Shown here one piece after another: positions 29,022 through 32,000 of a stretch of 32,000 bases of DNA (position 1 is its first letter; the number at the start of each line of letters is the position of its first letter). Below the pieces are notes generated by a model. That model did not search any database. It saw only the letters and a program-made list of their open reading frames with translations, and was not told the DNA's origin. Position numbers and translations under genes: made by a program. The stretch spans positions 1,080,001-1,112,000 of the forward strand of contig NC_007335.2 in NCBI RefSeq assembly GCF_000012465.1, given 5' to 3'. This DNA comes from Prochlorococcus marinus str. NATL2A. Its GTDB lineage: Bacteria; Cyanobacteriota; Cyanobacteriia; PCC-6307; Cyanobiaceae.

Positions 29022-32000
29022 TCAGCCAAATCCTGTCATTTCAGTAAATAATAATTTGTTCTCTATTGATTCAGAAAAGCCTAAAAGCACTTCATGTCTA
29101 GTTTCTGCTCCATTATTTAATTGATTAGACCAATACAATAAACCAGATAAATCTGCCACTCTTCCTAAAACATTTTGATATAGATTATTAACATACACTT
29201 CTGTACTAACATTCGTTCCATACTTAGTAGCAAACTCAGGAGACTTTAGAAAAGACATAGCAACCGCTCTCTCATCATCTTCACCAGAACTATATTTCCC
29301 AATCCAATACTTAAGGCCATCTGAATCTGGGAACCGCGCAAAGGCTGCGTTGTACAGACGAAACATCTTCCCTGAATCAGTATTTAATCCTGTAATCTGA
29401 TCAAAAACCCCTATAATATCGTCTAGGACACTAGTTGTTTTATCTACAAATTTGAGCTTATCAATACCTGTAATCTCATCATACCTAGAATCTACTTTAA
29501 TTTCATACCTTCCATTACCTCGATTATAAAATTTATATTCATCGAAATTATTTGAAAAAGTTAAACTATTTGAATCATCAAAGCTTACATTTGAGCTTAA
29601 AATAGTAAAATTCTTTGAATGAACTCTATTTAATTTTTCAGAATCATTATATACGTTAAAACTTAGATCTTTTACGACTTCATCGTTAGAGGAATTAATA
29701 TAAATTTCAGTTTCGTATTTGTCACCAGAGTAGAATCTCAAGGTACCCGAAGATCTTCTAAAATCTTTTGAATCAAATTTCTCTCCCTTAATATCCCAAT
29801 ATAATTTACTAGTACTCCAATCAGTTTTTGGCAACCCATTCGGCTCTATAATAACTTTAAAGTATTCTCCATAATTAATAGAATCTGATATATTAATATT
29901 AAGATCTATATCCCAATCTTCTAATTGGAAAGAAGTTTGGGCAAGCAGTTCAGCTTCAAGACGTTTTGAATTTGGATATAGTTTGAAATATGCTAATTCA
30001 TTACCCTCATTATAATTATCATCCTGTTTAGTATATATATTTATAGAAGCCTCACCATTTTCATCAGTAATAATTGAGCTCCTTCTATAAGAATATGAAA
30101 TGTCGCTACTATCTATTTCAGAACCTGTTATCTCCCAGTAAAGGTAAGAAGACATTTTAACAGGATATGTTTTTACTTTAATATTAATTAACTCGGACTC
30201 AACATAAGAAGGTTTATTAGTAATGATTTCATAATCATATTGTAGTGGTTGTCCTATAGAAGTATCAATCAAATAAGGCCATACTGTTTCACCAACCTGC
30301 TCAGTATTTTTAGCATCCTTGAAAAGCTTTATACGAAGCAATTCATTCCCTTCAGTAGTTAAATCATTGGCAATAACATGGGAGAAAGTAAACGTTCCAT
30401 CAGCACCAACTTTCCCGTATCCATCTAATAAACCAGGAGTGAAATCAGTAGAGTGAATGCCAACTCCTGAAAGATTCCAATATAGGATTGTACCCTCAGC
30501 TAAGTTTGTAGTTTCAACGGTTGTCGTAAGAGTTTCACCTTCATCAAGATTCAAAGAAGAAGCCGAAATTTTATAGGTTGGAGGTAATGATGTAGAGGTG
30601 TCTAAAATAGTAATTAAATCAGATTTAGCAATCTGATTTTCTCGACTTGGATCATTAAAAAGAAAAATATTGAATGTTTCCGTTCCTTCCGTCGCCAAGT
30701 CATTAGCAAATTTATGAGATAAAATTATTTGATTATTAACAACACTATCTGATCCAAGCAACTCACCTAAAGAGAGATCAGAATCTTGAATATTTTCCCC
30801 TAAAATAGACCAATAAAGAATAGTTCCATCAGGTACATTAAAAGTACTGATATTTGTTGTGAATGAACTACCTTCATCAGATTCTAATGTAGACGTCGAT
30901 ATTGAATAAGGCTTCCTTGTTAGTGGAGGAGAATTATACCAATCATCAGTGAGAGGATTTGCGAAACCAACTACACCACTAGTCAATTTTGCTGCAATAT
31001 CATCACTATGTGTAGTTCCTGAACCCCATGTAATTACTGACCCATCATTTTTTAAAGCTGCAAAAGAAAGTCCTGAAGCATAGATCTCAATGACATCGCT
31101 CTGAAGTAGATGTGTTGGACTTGTACCCCCAAAGTCTATATAGGGTAAATTCGGACCACCTCCCCAAGTAACTACTGATCCATCATTTTTTAACGCAGCA
31201 AAAGCACAATTATTTGGAACAATACTAACAACATCCTTAGTTAAGGAAGAAAAGACTGAAGAGCTATCTCCCCCAGAATCACTCTTGCCCCAAGTAACAA
31301 CTGATCCATCATTTTTTAACGCAGCAAAAGCATATTCAGTTGCATAAATCGTCTTAACCCCACTAGCAAGTAAATTAGCTACTGAACTACTATCTCCTCC
31401 TGCATTTTTACTACCCCATGTAATTACTGAACCATCATCTTTTAATGCCGCAAAAGCATCTCTAGACGTAAAAATATCACTAACTGCCTCTTGTAGTAGA
31501 TGTTTAACATCGCCAAATAAGATTAAATCCTCATGAAAAGTTACTCCATCAATTGGATAAGGAGTATCAAACTCAGAACCGGAAAGAGGTTCTATATCAA
31601 TACATCCCCAAACGACTACTGAACCATCATTTTTTAATGCAGCAAATGCTTGCCCTGATGTGAAAATTTTACTAACGCCTGTACTTATTAATGAGCTAAC
31701 AGAAGAACTATCACCACCATGAGTATCTCTGCCCCAGGTAACGACTGAGCCGTCATCTTTCAGCGCAGCGAATGCTTTATAGGTCGAATAAATAGATTGA
31801 ACATTACTTTTTAAAAAATTAGCTACTGAACTAATGTCTCCACCGTTTCCCTCCTCCCCCCCTGGATGAGTCCAAGCCACGACCGATCCATCATCCTTAA
31901 CTGCAGCAAATGATGAAACAGTTGAATAAACATCTCGAACACTATTATCTAGTTGAGATCCAACAGTGTCTGTATAGTTTCCCCAACTGATAACGACAGA
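29022..32000 (-). CDS. giant secreted/surface repeat protein, N-terminus outside window
   Basis: The frame stays open through 31881..32000 (..SFAAVKDDGSVVAWT..), so the track 'start' at 31880 is internal. Domain 1: at least 8 copies of a ~38-aa repeat (AFAALK(N/D)DGSV(V/I)TWG...GGDSSSV), beta-propeller-like. Domain 2: four ~105-aa repeats (Y.IS.S...EG....T.....GT.LYW...G..I...D......TEGNE). Domain 3: a DUF4214-like C-terminus (FRLYNAAFARFPDSDGLKYW..; LYQNVLGRVADLSGLLYW). Confidence 0.85.
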   Translation of the reverse strand, partial: SVVISWGNYTDTVGSQLDNSVRDVYSTVSSFAAVKDDGSVVAWTHPGGEEGNGGDISSVANFLKSNVQSIYSTYKAFAALKDDGSVVTWGRDTHGGDSSSVSSLISTGVSKIFTSGQAFAALKNDGSVVVWGCIDIEPLSGSEFDTPYPIDGVTFHEDLILFGDVKHLLQEAVSDIFTSRDAFAALKDDGSVITWGSKNAGGDSSSVANLLASGVKTIYATEYAFAALKNDGSVVTWGKSDSGGDSSSVFSSLTKDVVSIVPNNCAFAALKNDGSVVTWGGGPNLPYIDFGGTSPTHLLQSDVIEIYASGLSFAALKNDGSVITWGSGTTHSDDIAAKLTSGVVGFANPLTDDWYNSPPLTRKPYSISTSTLESDEGSSFTTNISTFNVPDGTILYWSILGENIQDSDLSLGELLGSDSVVNNQIILSHKFANDLATEGTETFNIFLFNDPSRENQIAKSDLITILDTSTSLPPTYKISASSLNLDEGETLTTTVETTNLAEGTILYWNLSGVGIHSTDFTPGLLDGYGKVGADGTFTFSHVIANDLTTEGNELLRIKLFKDAKNTEQVGETVWPYLIDTSIGQPLQYDYEIITNKPSYVESELINIKVKTYPVKMSSYLYWEITGSEIDSSDISYSYRRSSIITDENGEASINIYTKQDDNYNEGNELAYFKLYPNSKRLEAELLAQTSFQLEDWDIDLNINISDSINYGEYFKVIIEPNGLPKTDWSTSKLYWDIKGEKFDSKDFRRSSGTLRFYSGDKYETEIYINSSNDEVVKDLSFNVYNDSEKLNRVHSKNFTILSSNVSFDDSNSLTFSNNFDEYKFYNRGNGRYEIKVDSRYDEITGIDKLKFVDKTTSVLDDIIGVFDQITGLNTDSGKMFRLYNAAFARFPDSDGLKYWIGKYSSGEDDERAVAMSFLKSPEFATKYGTNVSTEVYVNNLYQNVLGRVADLSGLLYWSNQLNNGAETRHEVLLGFSESIENKLLFTEMTGFG

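Noticed and set aside
1-32000. CRISPR array among the many short repeats
   Set aside because: The repeats are not regularly spaced. They occur in both orientations, belong to several unrelated families, and have no uniform spacer lengths.

Overview
Visibly AT-rich 32-kb window that reads as a hypervariable genomic island of a high-light-adapted Prochlorococcus-type marine picocyanobacterium. That assignment is an inference from gene content: four tandem hli genes, many tiny lineage-specific ORFs, a plant-type ferredoxin and a CP12-like peptide. Recognisable genes are: a PPC/DUF296-glutaredoxin fusion, two secreted cupins, clpS, a DUF2997-like ORF next to a [2Fe-2S] ferredoxin, an rluF-type pseudouridine synthase, hli x4, and a four-gene AapJQMP/Nat-type amino-acid ABC importer. 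Also present are an ABM-monooxygenase-like gene flanked by two paralogous small genes, hupE/ureJ behind a cobalamin riboswitch, and the C-terminal ~990 codons of a giant repeat protein that runs off the right edge. I found no rRNA, no intact tRNA, no CRISPR array and no integrase or transposase ORF. The most unusual content is non-coding. The window is a mosaic of at least nine short repeat families, in both orientations, that sit at the boundaries of gene blocks. (1) Three decayed copies of the 3' half of tRNA-Pro(UGG), each with the same terminator hairpin (integration scars). (2) An 8-copy family derived from the 3' end of a small HTH ORF; its copies form inverted pairs around cargo-only segments of 0.9, 1.95 and 3.6 kb. 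(3) A ~135-nt element (3 full copies, 2 partial) whose left end mimics the tRNA-Pro acceptor end. (4) A TTGACAG(T/C)CGAT motif coupled to conserved hairpins (7 copies). (5) A ~150-nt conserved non-coding segment embedded in a duplicated convergent two-gene module. (6) A 64-nt element ~27 nt upstream of two unrelated genes. Together these suggest repeated insertion, decay and recombination of cassette-like units by a mechanism whose enzymes are not encoded in this window. All family names (DUF numbers etc.) come from memory of motif layouts, not from searches.
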